A stretch of 64,000 bases of DNA from assembly GCA_043228905.1 (NCBI GenBank), contig JBHGNT010000006.1, forward strand, positions 18,910,001 through 18,974,000, given 5' to 3'. The stretch comes from Azolla caroliniana. Its lineage: Eukaryota > Plantae > Polypodiophyta. The translations under genes were made by a program, and so were the position numbers. Shown piece by piece: positions 1 through 12,957 of this stretch (positions within the stretch are counted from its first letter, which is position 1; every line of letters starts with the position of its first letter). Below the pieces are notes generated by a model. The model saw only the letters and a list, made by a program, of their open reading frames with translations, had not been told where the DNA came from and did no database searches.

Positions 1-332
1 CCCTAATGGCCTGTCGGATTCCATCCGACTCAACCAACCGATTCGCCTTATGGCTTATTCAGCTGATTCGGCCCATGTTGAGCTTGTTTACTCAACATCT
101 CCAACCAAGGGTTCACACAATGCCAATCAAACATCCATACCGGTTGAAGAAACTGAACCGATCATTTTGACACCAAGGAGATCTAGATGAATCCGAAAGC
201 CGATAGAATTTTATCAACCGAGCTTAGACTACATCAACTATATGGACACTGGTGAATCATGCTCATATGAAGAAGTTATAGCCATGCCGGATGCCAATAC
301 ATGGCGAAAGCCATGAAATCTGAGATGGAGTC
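1..332 (+). pseudogene. Ty1/copia (Tnt1/Tork-like) pol fragment, linker and start of RT; host element interrupted at 333 and resuming at 18249
   Basis: Reads ...SYEEVIAMPDAN.W.KAMKSEMES. It joins in frame across TSD GAGTC to [10 protein letters not shown] at 18249. Confidence 0.8.
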
Positions 333-693
333 TATTGAGTGGACAAGCTCAACATGATCCGGATTGACTAAATAAGACAAGAGTCGGATCAATGTTTGGT
401 AAGGTGTGCCGGATTCGAGAGCTGGATCAGTGTCCGATGAGGTGAACCGGATTCGGGAGCCGGATCGGAGAACAGGATCCATGTGCAAACCGGTAGGCTG
501 TTGGAGGCATACGCTCTTAGTCTACTAGGTAGTTATGGTTCTAGGAGTTAATGTGAGTAGCTCAATACGAGCATTGAAGTATTTGCCAGTACTTCTATCA
601 GTCCTTTTAAGGACTTTTATAAAAAGTGCTCTAAAGCACATTTGTATGTACAGAGTGTTGGGTATTATTTTTGACATAGAGTTTTACTGTTCT

Positions 694-745
<52 letters not shown>

Positions 746-854
746 CCACGTACACTCTATGTGTTTCAAGCTTTCCATTAAACTTGCATATATTTTCTGT
801 TGCTATCCGGCATAGCCGCTTGTGTCTATACACTTCCGCACATAACTCCTCACA
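333..854 (+). repeat. 5' LTR (copia) with (CT)n microsatellite
   Basis: Starts TATTGAG (TG mutated) and ends CACA. Aligns with 17774-18243. (CT)n at ~694-743. Confidence 0.85.
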
Positions 855-864
855 TGGTAGCAGA

Positions 865-1363
865 TGTCACGGACACACCAAGCGTGGATTAGGATGGAGT
901 ACAGATGATGGGGCTACGAGTGACAGATGAACTTGGAGCTAGATGTGACAAGGCTAGGAACTCTAGATGTTGTGAGCAACATGAGGGCATGAAGACAAAA
1001 ATAAAGATCAAGGAGACAAATATGAGGCGAAACGAGAATACTAGATTGATGTGTCAATGACTGGTGTTGAATCCCTTGAAAGGGACCAAAGATGTTACAA
1101 GTATTTATACAATTTCCGAGATTGAATATCTCTAGAATATACTTGAGAAATATCTCGAGAATATACCCATTTAGAATATACCATAGAATAATTCTGGAAT
1201 ATACTAACGACTAGAATATTCTCGAATGAACTATACACTAGACTCTACAATATATACAAGTTCACACATCGAATGTGGACAGTTCACAAGAGTTTCCATA
1301 TGATTAACACAACAAATGTACTGTGTGTGTTAAAAGTCAGAGGTTCAAGTCTAGAATGTGACA
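865..1363 (-). repeat. 3' LTR of a minus-strand LTR element; same family as 56140-56663
   Basis: TGTCAC...GTGACA termini. Followed by a minus-strand PPT (TTATCCCCCCTCTT, 1364-1377). Reverse-complement homology to 56300-56663. Confidence 0.75.
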
Positions 1364-1499
1364 TTATCCCCCCTCTTACGCCGCCTTCCCAAATTGGTCC
1401 TTGGCTTAAGGGGATACTGTTGATGAAAATCTTAGACCACCGTCAAAGTATTTTGTAAATCCTACACAAGGAGTAACCCTTCCAAAAGACAAGGTATTG

Positions 1500-2020
1500 A
1501 GCACCAACGGGCATGAGCGACCATGTGCAGTCCTCGCCTAGGACTAGAACATGAATACCAACAGGCGTGAGCGACCATGTGCGATCCTCGTCGGAAAATG
1601 GAACACGAATACCAATGGGTGTGAGTGACCATGTGTGGTCCTCAGGGGGAACACGAACACCAACGGGCATGAGAGACCATGTCGGTCCTCGTCGAGAGTT
1701 GGAACACAACCACCAACAGGCGTGAGCGACCATGTGTGGTCCTCACCGGGAACTAGAACATGAACAACAACAGGCATGAGCGACCCTGTCGGTCCTCGCC
1801 GGGATTTGGAACACGAACAATAGTTGGAGTGAGAGACCATGTGCAGTCCTCGCTGGAGACTGGAACACGAATACCAACGGGCGTGAGTGACCATGTGTGG
1901 TCCTCATAGGGAACACGAACACCAACAGGCATGAGGGACCATGTTGGTCCTCACCGAGACTTGGAACATGAACACCAACGGGCGTGAGTGACCATGTGGC
2001 CCTCATCAAGAACTGAACAC
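1500..2020. repeat. Tandem array of ~10 units of 48-54 bp in the 3' non-coding region of the minus-strand LTR element
   Basis: Core GAGCGACCATGTG.GGTCCTC...GGAACACGAA.ACCAAC recurs at about 1520, 1574, 1627, 1675, 1728, 1782, 1835, 1889, 1937 and 1990. Confidence 0.9.
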
Positions 2021-5000
2021 GTGTATAAAAAGTGTTATGTAGGACATTGTATGTACAAAGAGTGTTGTTATTTTGAATTTAGTTTATGCTTTTTGCTCTC
2101 TCCGTCTCTCTCTCTCTTGTGTGTAAGGGTTCCATTAAACCTATGTCTTTGTTCTCTCTTGTTATTCGGTGTGACCAGTACTGTCAAAGCTTCCACAATC
2201 ATAATCTTTTACATGGTATCAGAGGGCGAGGCTTGAGAACCTCTGCAGCTAACGAGCGATTTCCGAAGACAAAACCTAACACCTTGTAGAGAACAGAAAA
2301 CAAGGTTAGAATGGATAGAGGAATGGCTAGCTTGCTCCCGACGGAGAAGCTTGACAGATCCAACTACGCATCTTGGTTGTACAAGATGCACCAATACCTG
2401 CTCTGGCATGGTTAGTGGAGTTATTTCGATGGAGCTAGTGATACGACACCTGATGCGGCACACAAGGGCTTCTCGACTGTTGAGAATATGTCCCTCTAGT
2501 GGGAGGAAGAGTCGATTGTTCGGAAAGCCGAATGTTGAAGGGTCGAAAACAGTGATTTGACTGTTATTATTATGGAAATAGGTCACTCCGGATGGGGAGA
2601 GAGAGGAGCCAAGTTGATGAGGGACTCGGTCGAGGCCGAAACCAGAATCGTGTATATAGCCAACTCCGGAGACTATACTTGTAAATAGTCTCAATGTGTG
2701 CCCCATGAGGGCTAGGTATGTAAATAGCCAGAAAGTTGTGTAAGTATATATATGCAACTAGGGTAAACTTTAAGAAATAGAATAGAAGAGAACATAACTG
2801 TGAGTGTGAGAGAGAAGTGTGTGCCTCGCCATAGATGCGCAAGTAACAGCAGACGCGAAGAGCCCTGCGTGGCTGATACACTCGATAGAGTGTTGTAACC
2901 CTCTCAGTGTTGTATATCCACTATCCATAGTGAAGATCTATTCCCATGGTTTTCTCCCGTTTTAGAGTTTCCACGCAAATCTCTGTGCATAGTTGTCTAT
3001 CTTTTTCCATGATTCGTATTTCAGCATTGTCTGTTCATTGTGATTTAAATTCCGAACGATTTCTCAACAACGACTTGGGAACAAGTGGCAAGTAGGGTAA
3101 TGTACCACTTCGTGTCCAGTGTCGGTATTTCGTCTCCTTCATCGATGACTACAGCCGGCACACGTGGATCTACCTCATCGAGAAGAAAAGCGAAGTCTTT
3201 GATTGTTTTTGGAACCTTCAAAACTTAGTCGAAAGGGAAACAAAGAGGAAGATAAAGTGCCTGCGGTCAGATGGCGGAAAAGAATACGCTTCTGGCCAAT
3301 TCAACGGTTATCTGCACCAAAAAGGAATTCAGAGAGAATTCCGCTGTCGATATACACCGGAACAAAACGGTGTGGCCAAAAGAAAGAACCAATCGATTGT
3401 CGATGCGGCAAGGGCAATGTTGGAGGAGAAGAGCATTCCCAAATTCTACTGGGCTGAGGCGGTCCGGATGGTCGACTACATCCAAAACCGGATTGGGGAC
3501 GAGTTATCAACACAAGAGTTGTATTTTGGGCGGAAGCTGAATTTGAGACACCTTCGGATATTTGGTAGCATAGCATATGTGCATGTACCGGATGAGAAGC
3601 GGAGGAAGCTAGATTCGAAATCGGAGAAGTGCATACTCGTCGGCTACTCGCATGAACAGAAGGGGTATAAGTGTTATAACCCTCGGACTAAACAGGTACG
3701 AGTAAGTCGAGATGTTGAGTTTGATGAGTCGCCATCATGGTACTCCCTACCAACTCCAACTCCCGATGAAGACCCGATTCCGAAGGATGAGGCTAGTGAA
3801 CCCGGAGAGGTTCAAGAAGAAGATGACGGATTCGGTACTCTAGATGAGAGTCTGATCTCATTCTGGCTAAGTGGACTGAATGAGCAGCTGAGTCGGGATG
3901 ACTAGTTGGATGAAGAACCGGCGAGTAGTGGAGACTCTGTCGTGCTCTCCCCACGCAAGGAACCGAGGAGATGGTTCACGCGCAAAGAGAAGGGGAAGAA
4001 GAAGATGTCGGAATACGATACCGGCAGTGAAGGGTGGGATCGGAACAAATATGACCCCGGAAAGGAAGAAGGCGGATCTTCAGAAAGGAAGGCTGAACCG
4101 GCCAAGAAGGGCCTCAAGACGGGTAACGAAAAGCTACGCTGGTCAACCTGTCAGAAGAAAACCGTCATGAGGTACGGGTACAATGAGTACATGGCGCATG
4201 ACTATGTGTACATGACTAAGGTGGCGGAAGTGCGTGAGCCGGGGAGCTATGTAGAAGCAACAAAAGATGCAAATTGGCATGCTGCTATGGGGGAAGAAAT
4301 GCGGGCAGTTGATGCCAACGACACATGGGACCTAGTTGACCCTCCTCGACAGTGTAAACCGATCAGTTGCAAATGGGTATATAAGGTGAAGTATAATGCC
4401 GATGGTTCGGTCAACCGGTACAAGGCCCGGTTAGTGACAAAGGGATACACATAGACCCACAGAATCAACTACGACGAGACCTTCGCTTTGGTAGCAAAGA
4501 TTACAACGGTTAGTGTGGTACTGGCTATTACTGCAGCAAGGGGATAACATCTTCACCAAATGGACGTGAAGAATGTGTTTCTTCAAGGTGACCTTGAAGA
4601 ACGAGTCTATATGATACAACCCCCCGGATTCCAATTGGAGATGAACAAGTCGATAGTATCAAGAAGTCGCTTTACGGTCTGAAGCAAGCCCCTCGAGCTT
4701 GGAATGCGAAGATCACACACCGGTTGCGTAAGATGGGGTTTGCGGCCTCAAAGTCCGACTCGTCACTGTTCATCCGGAAAGGCCCGGATGGTCCAATTTG
4801 TATCTTGCTATATGTTGATGATTTAGTCATCATCGGACCCAGACTGGATGAAATCGGTAGAGTGAAGTCCCAATTGTCGGATGCATTTAAAATGAAGGAC
4901 CTGGGGGACCTTCATCATTTTCTTGGGATCGAGGTGATCCGAACCCCCGATGGCATATTACTCTCACAAAGACACTATGTGTTGAATATGCTGTACTAGT

Positions 5001-6720
5001 TTGGCATGATAGAATGCCGACCGATCTCCACACCCTTGGACCGGAACCTGAAGCTATGTCCCGATTCCGGCCCGGCCTGTGATGAGAATTGGTTCTGACA
5101 AATTGTCGGAAGCCTTATATACTTGACGATCACTCGACCCGACATCAGTTATCCAGTCGGGGTGATCAACTAGTTTATGTAGAAGCTGATTGTGGAGCAC
5201 CTTCAGTGCGCGCATCGACTATTGCGATATGTGAGCGGCACGAAGGACCGGGGACTGTTATACCGACACGGTATAGCTAGGAAGCTAGTCGGGTATTCCA
5301 ATGCCAACTGGGCTGGTGATGCATCGGATCGCCGATCTACCTCTGGTTACATGTTTTCTCTTGGTAGTGCGGTAGTTGCATGGAGCAGCAAAAAGCAGCC
5401 AACAATGGCTCTATCGAGCACTGAGGCTGAGTACTGGGGCGCTACCATTGCCACTTGTGAAGCCATCTGGCTTCGGCGACTGCTGTGAGACCTCTGGATC
5501 AAGGTGTCGACCCCGATCCTGATTTATTGTGACAATGTAAGAAACATACAGCTCGCTAAGAACCCTGTATTCCATGCCCGGACAAAGCACATAGAAGTGC
5601 ATTATCACTTTGTTCGTGAGCGGGTCCTGAGCGGTGAAGTTGAACTTCGGTATGGTCACACGGATCGGCAGGTTGCCGAAATCTTTACCAAGCCGCTCGG
5701 ATTGGACAAATTGCAACATTTAGCATCTCGATGTGCCGCACTTGAGGGGGAGAATAGGAACGGGAACGGATGGCACCGGACAAGGAGTCAGAGAGGAAGA
5801 AAGAACCAAGGGGGGAGATGAGCAGATAAAGGAAGCCGAGCCGACCGAAGGAGTCGGCACATCCGAACAAGTCGGAGCAAGCGGCAACGGCGGCAGAGTC
5901 AAGAAGGACAGAGCCGACCGGAAGAAGGCCAAGACCCGGATGTGGTCCGATGTGGTGAAGGGCCTAAAAATGGAAGACGAGTTGGAGACTACCAACTCAG
6001 ACAAGAGCTCGAATGAATCGGAGGAGCCGATTTGGTTCAACTGTTGGATTCAGAAGAGCCGGATCAACAAAAGGCCATGCAGACGAGAAGGCAGTGGAAG
6101 TCGATACCGACACGGAGATGGGCTTGCTTAGCAGACAAGCTGACCAAGGAGGACGAGGTGCGCAGAACCGGACGGGTCGTGGGAAGCGGAACCGGACTGG
6201 ACAAGGAGCGCCAGCAAGGCGGGAGGACGTCAGAAGGAGCGGAGGAAAGGACCGGCTACTGCAAACACTAACACCACGATTCGACCTCAAGTTGAGCTTG
6301 AGGGGGAGTGTTGAGCGAGCAAGCTCAACCGGATCCGGATCGGTATCCAGAATGGAGAACGACATCAGTGTCTAGATGATATCCAGACCTAGGAGCCGGA
6401 TCGGACACCCGGATCAGATTGAAACCGGTAGGCCATTAGAGGCCTACGGATCTAGCCTAGTCAGTCACTTGTATGAGCATTGAAGTACCTGTCAGTACTT
6501 CTGTCAGTCCTTTATGGACTTGTGTAAAAGTGCTCTATGAGCACATTCTATGTACACATAGAGGATTATTATTTTAGAATAGAGTTTTAAGTTTTGCTCT
6601 CTCTCTATCTATCCCGTGTAAGCTAAATATTCTCAAGATTCCATTGAACCTGTGTTTTCTATTCTTTGTCGCTGCCCGACTAAACCGGTTTTGTCAAGCT
6701 TCCGCACACTAACTTTTACA
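2020..6720 (+). mobile_element. Degenerate Ty1/copia element: truncated 5' LTR, gag start, internal deletion, IN-RT-RH, 3' LTR 6309-6720
   Basis: PBS TGGTATCAGAG at 2214. Gag MDRGMASLLPTEKLDRSNYASW at 2311. IN motifs RSDGGKEY and FWAEAV, RT LYVDDL, RH ARTKHIEVHYHF. PPT GAGGGGGAG then TG at 6309. Many stops. Confidence 0.85.
2478..3069. mobile_element. Solo LTR inserted in copia gag
   Basis: TGTTGAGAA...TTCTCAACA termini. Imperfect TSD TCGAC/ACGAC. Host gag (F.TWEQ) rejoins. Related to the solo LTR at 19652. Confidence 0.8.
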
Positions 6721-9230
6721 TCTCGGTTACAGAATCGATGGGTACTTTGGATACCAGCTATGGGACCCTGAGAACCTAAAACTGATCTGGATCAGTGACG
6801 TAATCTTCAATGAAGACTCTATCTTCTCTCAGCTAAACCAACAGAAAATAGTTGGTAAAAAGGTATCCTTCAAAGACGACAAAGATGTTGTAGAAGGACC
6901 AACCCACTGGGCCGACTCAGAGATTCGACAAATAGTCGAACTTGACCAAGCCGACAACATACATGCGACTCCGAATTGGTAGGAAGTCCACTAGTCGAAC
7001 TTGAAGACAAAGACATCAAAGATAGAACCGATTCGACAAGAGTCGAAGAAGGCAAAGTCAACAAGATGCGAGTAGGAAACAAAACCGAGTAAAAAAAGTC
7101 CATAGGGGAGGAAAACGTGAAACCACTAAAATCCTGACTTGGGGATAGGTCACCTAACAAGACTCCTGACACAAATGGTTCAACAAATACCGATCGCCCA
7201 ACAAAGCCGATCGAAGAATCCAAACCACTTATCTCGGCACCCAGGAGATCTGGACGAGCTCGAAGACCAACAAAGTTTTTTCAACCGGGCCTCGACTACG
7301 TTAACTACACCGATGCATGTGAACCAAGCACTTATGAAGAAGCTATGGCCACAGTGGATGCCGATACATGCCTAAAAGCCATGAAATCAGAAATGGACTC
7401 GATTCACAAGAATTAGACATGGGAGCTGGTCGAACTACTAGTAGGAAGAAATCCGCTACCGCAAATGGGTTTTCGATACAAATATGTATTTGACTGAGAG
7501 AAACCCAAGTACAAAGCTCAGCTTGTTGCGAAAGGGTTCAAACAAGAACATGGGATCGACTACGACGAGATATTCTCACTAGTAGTCAAGATGACCACCC
7601 TCCGACTCTTACTAGGAGTCGTGGCGACAGAAGAGCTAGACCTAGAGCAGCTGGATGTAAAGATGACATTCCTACACGGAGATCTGGATGAAGACATCTA
7701 CATGTCTCAACCGGCAGGCTTCACGACGACGGGGGAGGAAAGTCACCTCATATGTTGACTGAAGAAAAACCTCTATGGCTTGAAACAAGTGCGAGGATGT
7801 GGTACCAGAAGTTTGACTCCTACATCAGGCAACTTGGATACCACCGATCCGACTCCGACCCATGCATGTATATTCAGCAACTGGCCAACGAGTCTAGGAT
7901 TTATCTGATCCTATATGTCGATGACATGCTGATTGCAGGAAGCAATCAAACAAAGATCAGAAAGCTGAAGTGAAGCCTTCACGACAAGTTCGGGATGAAG
8001 GAACTCGGACAACCCCGTCACATACTGGGGATGAGGATCGAGCGAAATCGGACATCAAAGACTCTTTGACTCTCCCAGTCCGACTATATTCGGATGGTGC
8101 TGAAGCGCTTCAACATGGAGAATGCGAAGCCAGTACCAACACCGCTCCCGATGTCGATCAGACTATCAAACAGAGACTCTCCTTCAACGGACAAGGAGAG
8201 AGAGCTTAATGGAAAGATGCCCTACGCATCGGTCATAGGAAGTATCATGTATGCAATGGTGTCGACCCAACCCAATCTAGCCTATGCCGTAGGGGTGGTC
8301 AGCTGGTACATGTCAAACCCAGGACAGAAGCATTGGGAGGCTATGAAGCACATCTTTAGGTACCTGAGAGGGACTGAAGATACACAACTGACTTTCGGTT
8401 TGACAACCTCAACCAAAGTCGAAGGCTACACTAACTCCGACTATGCCAGAAATATGGACAATCATAAGTCAACATTAGGCTATATTTTCACCTATGGTGG
8501 CGGTGCGATATCCTGGAGGTCAAAGCTTCAAGAGTGTACGACCTTGTCGACCACAAAGGCCAAGTATATAACATCATTAGAGGCAGCGAAGGAAGCGATC
8601 TGGCTGCATTGACTGTCTGTCGACTTCTCATCTACAAGCCGAATCGACTGACCAACGCTGACCATCTATTGCGACTCACAAAACGCAATTCACCTCATTA
8701 ACAATCCCGTCTATCACGCAAAGACGAAGCACATTGAGGTACAGTATCATCACATCCAGAAAGCTCACAACTGAGAAGAGGCTCGAAATCCGGAAGATCG
8801 ACACCGAGGTGAACATCGCCGATTGCCGGACGAAGCCACTCCCAAATCAACGCTTCGGAGCACTAAGGACAAAGATGGGACTACGACAATCGACCGAGCA
8901 GAAGAAAGCCGAACGAGGAGCAGAAGGTAAGAGTCGACCGTATCAATCATGATAATGAGCCATGCTAGGCTCGACACAGACCTCACCTATGCCGACTGAC
9001 TTGTAACATAAATTTAGATTAGTGTTGTAATCTAGGTTTACGGGGAAGACAACCCCAAACACATGTACATGTAGGAAAGAGTAGCCCTTTTATGGGGGAG
9101 TTTGTTGGCATAAAAGGCCGACTCCTTCCACTTTGTATCCTAGTGTGAACTCGTCCATATAGTTAGGGCTTAGTATATAAGCGATAACCTAACATTGTAA
9201 AGAAGGGCTTGATCATTCTTGTAAAGAGTC

Positions 9231-9315
<85 letters not shown>

Positions 9316-9452
9316 AGAAATAAAGAGAGCTTCCATTAAAGCTTCATCTGTGTATCTAGCATCTGTCTATATCTTCTTGTCCTCCTTTTGTGTTGTTTGT
9401 TGAGCATAACCAACATGTCCTCACATACGTTTCCGCGCATATCTGTCCCTCA
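6721..9452 (+). mobile_element. Degenerate Tnt1/Tork-like copia 3' half (end of IN, RT, RH) with 3' LTR from 9103
   Basis: Motifs LILYVDDMLI, PYASVIGSIMYAM and HAKTKHIEV. PPT GGGGGAGTT then TGTTGG at 9103. LTR end approximate. Confidence 0.8.
9234..9312. repeat. (GA)n microsatellite within LTR
   Basis: About 39 consecutive GA units. Confidence 0.97.
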
Positions 9453-12000
9453 CGTCTTGCACGTCTCGACAATCACAAAGAATCTTGTTCAGTCGGACAT
9501 ATTGTTGATCAAGGGATGCAGGTTTGGTTCATGCACCTCGGGTGTTTCATCGAAGAAGAGGGCAAAGTCATCGCGCAAGGGCACTGAGACTAGAGGATGT
9601 TTATCCTGGAGACGAATGATGTTGGCGCAACGATGTTCGCAAAAGGGCAGACGGTCGAGTCGGACATCAACATGTGGCATAAGTGGATCGGCCACATCAA
9701 CTTCCGGAAGCTTCAAGAGTTGCAGTTGGAACTCGTAGTTTCTAGACTGTTGAAGTTTAGTGGCCGGAAAGGCCAAATATGTGAAGCTTGCAAGCTCGGG
9801 AAGCAACATAGGCTTCCATTCCCCAATGAGAAGAATTAGAGCCGGATTCAACTTGATCTCATCCATTCGGATGTGTGGGGATCGGCACAAAACGTGAGCA
9901 TCGGTGGGAGTCAATATTTCGTCTCCTTCATCGAGGATTTCACACGGCACACTTGGATCTATCTAATCGAGAAGAAAAGCGAAGTCTTCTTATGCTTCTG
10001 AGACCTAAAGAACCTTGTAGAATGCAAGACTGGAAGAAAGATCAAGTGTCTGAGATCGGATGGTGAAAAAGAATACTTTTCCGGCTAGTTCATGAGTTAT
10101 CTGCAGACGAAGGGAATCTAACAGGAATTCAGATACATGGCAGAGCAGAACAACGTGGCTGAGCATCGGAAGAGGACGCTAGTAGCAGCGGCAAGGGTGA
10201 TGCTTGAGGAGAAAAGCCTGCCAAAATTTTATTGTGCCGAAGGGATTTGGACAACTGTCTACATCCAAAATCGATATCTGCCTCAGGGACAAAGGTGTCG
10301 CTGCATGAATTGTATTTCGAGCGGAAGCCGAATTTGGCACACCTTTGGGTATTCGGTAGCATTGCATATATGCATGTTCCGAAGGAAAAACGGAGGAAGT
10401 TAGATGTGAAAGATGAAAAGTGCATTCTCGCCGGCTACTCGGATGAACAGAAGGGTTATAAGTGTTATAACCCCCGATCGAAAGCGGTTCGAGTCAATTG
10501 AGTAATTTTTGATGAATCGACATCTTGGTACTTCTCTCCACCTGAGCCCAAGCCAATTGTTGTTGATGATCCGGTGGAATCCAGACCAGAGAGAAGCGTC
10601 GCATAATCGAAACAACCGGATAGTCCAACTTCTCTCTGGATGAGTGGACTGAATTCGGACTGGTTGAGCCAGGGTGGTCAACCGGATGATGAGCCGGTGA
10701 GTAGCAAGGACTCGACCGTGCTCTCCCCACGCAAGGAACCGAGGAGACGGTTCAAGCGCAAAGAAACGAGGAAGATGAAGATGCCAAAGTATGACACTGC
10801 CCGAACTGAGTCGGATCGGAGCGAATCCGACTTCGACAAAACTGAAAAGGGACCTCCGAGCAAGAGGTCGGAATCAGCCAAGGAGGCCACGAAATCGACG
10901 AATCAGGAATTGTACCGATCCACCCACTAGAAAACCCCAATGAAGAGGTACAGGTACAATGAGTACACGGTGCATCATTATGCGTACATGGTGAAGGTGG
11001 CATCTGTGCGTGAGCCGGAGAGCTACACAGAAGCAACTAAGGATATGAATTGGTTGACGGCCATGGAGGAAGAGATGCATGCGCTCATGGAGAATGAGAC
11101 CTGGAATTTAGTGGACGTACCAAAAGGAGTGAAGCCGATGGGTTGCCGATGGGTATATAAGGTCAAATACAACACCAACGGCTCTATCAACCGATACAAG
11201 GCCCGATTTGTGGCCAAGGACTATGTGCAACATCATAACATTGATTATGATGAGACGTTCGCACTAGTTGTGAAGATGACGATCGTCTGTGTCTTGCTTG
11301 CAGTGGTAGCGACGACGGGGTGGCATCTACATCAAATGGATGTGAAAAACGCGTTCCTGCAAGGTGATCTTGAGGAACAAGTGTTTATGGTTCAGCCCCC
11401 CGGTTTTCAGTCCGAAATGAATACATCGATAGTGTGCCGATTGAAGAAGTCCCTCTATGGACTTAAGCACGCCCCACACGCCTGTATAAAAAAACACGAA
11501 GATCACGCAGAGACTACGTTGGATGGGGTTTGCTCTGTTGAAATTGGACTCTTCACTCTTCATCCAACAAGGTCGGAACAAGCTGGTTAGTATTTTACTT
11601 TACGTTGATGATTTACTCATCGCCGGTGCCGACCTGGACGAAATCGGTCGCGTCAAGTCCCAGCTCGTGACATCATTCGAAATGAAGGATCTCAGTGAAC
11701 TTCATTACTTCCTCGGGATCGAAGTGATCCGCATCCCAGAAGGCATATTCATTAGTCAATGCCACTACGTGCTGAGTATGCTCTTCAAATTCCGTATGAT
11801 GGAATACAAATCCGTCTCGACTCCTCTAGAACCGAATGTGAAGCTTCACCCCGACTCCAGAAAGGCATGCGACCCCGAAAAGATTCTGAGAGATAGTTGT
11901 AAGCCTTATATATTTGACTATTACCTAGTCAGACCTCAGCTATCCGACCGAGTTGATTAGTCAATTCATGGCACATCCAATCGTGGAGCACCTTCAGTAC
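9453..12000 (+). pseudogene. Copia pol pseudogene (GAG-pre-integrase, IN, RT)
   Basis: Motifs VLHVSTITKNLV, WHKWIGHINF, CEACKLGKQHRLPF, QMDVKNAFLQG and LYVDDL, with stops and frameshifts. Confidence 0.85.
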
Positions 12001-12957
12001 GTGTGCGAGTGGTAACGGAGAATGAGACTTGGGACCTGGTTGATGCTCCCAAGGGCGTGAAGCTGATCGGATGTAGGTGGGTGTACAAGATCAAGTACAA
12101 TGCCGACGACTCCATCAACCGGTACAAGGCCCGGTTAGTGGCCAAGGGCTATGCACAGTAGCACGACATTGACTACGATAAGACGTTCGCACTGGTCGCG
12201 AAGATGATGACCGTCTGTGACTTGCTTGCAGTTTTGTGGTGAAGGGTTGGCATTTGCCCCAGATGGATGTGAAGAACGTGTTCCTACAAGGAGAACTTGA
12301 GGAACAGGTATACATGGTGCAACCACCCGGATTTTAGTCCCGATTGAATACTTCAGGAGTATGCCGACTGAAGAAGTCCCTTTACGGATTAAAGCAAGCC
12401 ATGCATGCCTGGAATGCGAAGGTCACACAACGCCTGCGTTGGATGGGGTTTGCCACATCCAAGTCAGACTCTTCACTCTTCATTCGGCAAGGTCGGGATG
12501 GGCCGGTAAGTCTTTTACGTTATGTTGATGATTTAGTCATCACTGGTGTTGACCCAATGGAAATCGGCCACATGAAGTCTCAACTTGCGGCATCATTTGA
12601 GATGAAGGACCTATGGGACCTTCACTACTTCCTCGGGATCGAAGTGATCCACACCCTCAATGACATATTGTTGTCACAGAGACAATATGTGTTGAATATG
12701 TTGTTCAAGTTGGACATGACCCTTGACTGGAATTAGAAGCTACTTCCCGACTCCAAACCGTCCTGCAATGAGTAACAATTCTAACAAATTGTCAAAAGCC
12801 TAATATATCTTACGATCATCCGACCCGACATCAACTATCCTGTCGGGGTGATAAGTCAGTTTATGCAGCATCCGACCGCCGAGCACCTTTAGTGAGCTCA
12901 TAGACTACCACGATATGTGAGCGACACTAAGGATCAAGGACTGTTGTACCGACACGG

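Noticed and set aside
535-930. ORFs in LTRs (also 17938-18234, 27237-27580, 32529-32911)
   Set aside because: They run through LTR or microsatellite sequence and have no protein motifs.
1443-2009. Repetitive ORFs with HTWSLTPVG units
   Set aside because: They arise from translating a tandem repeat whose unit lengths shift frame.
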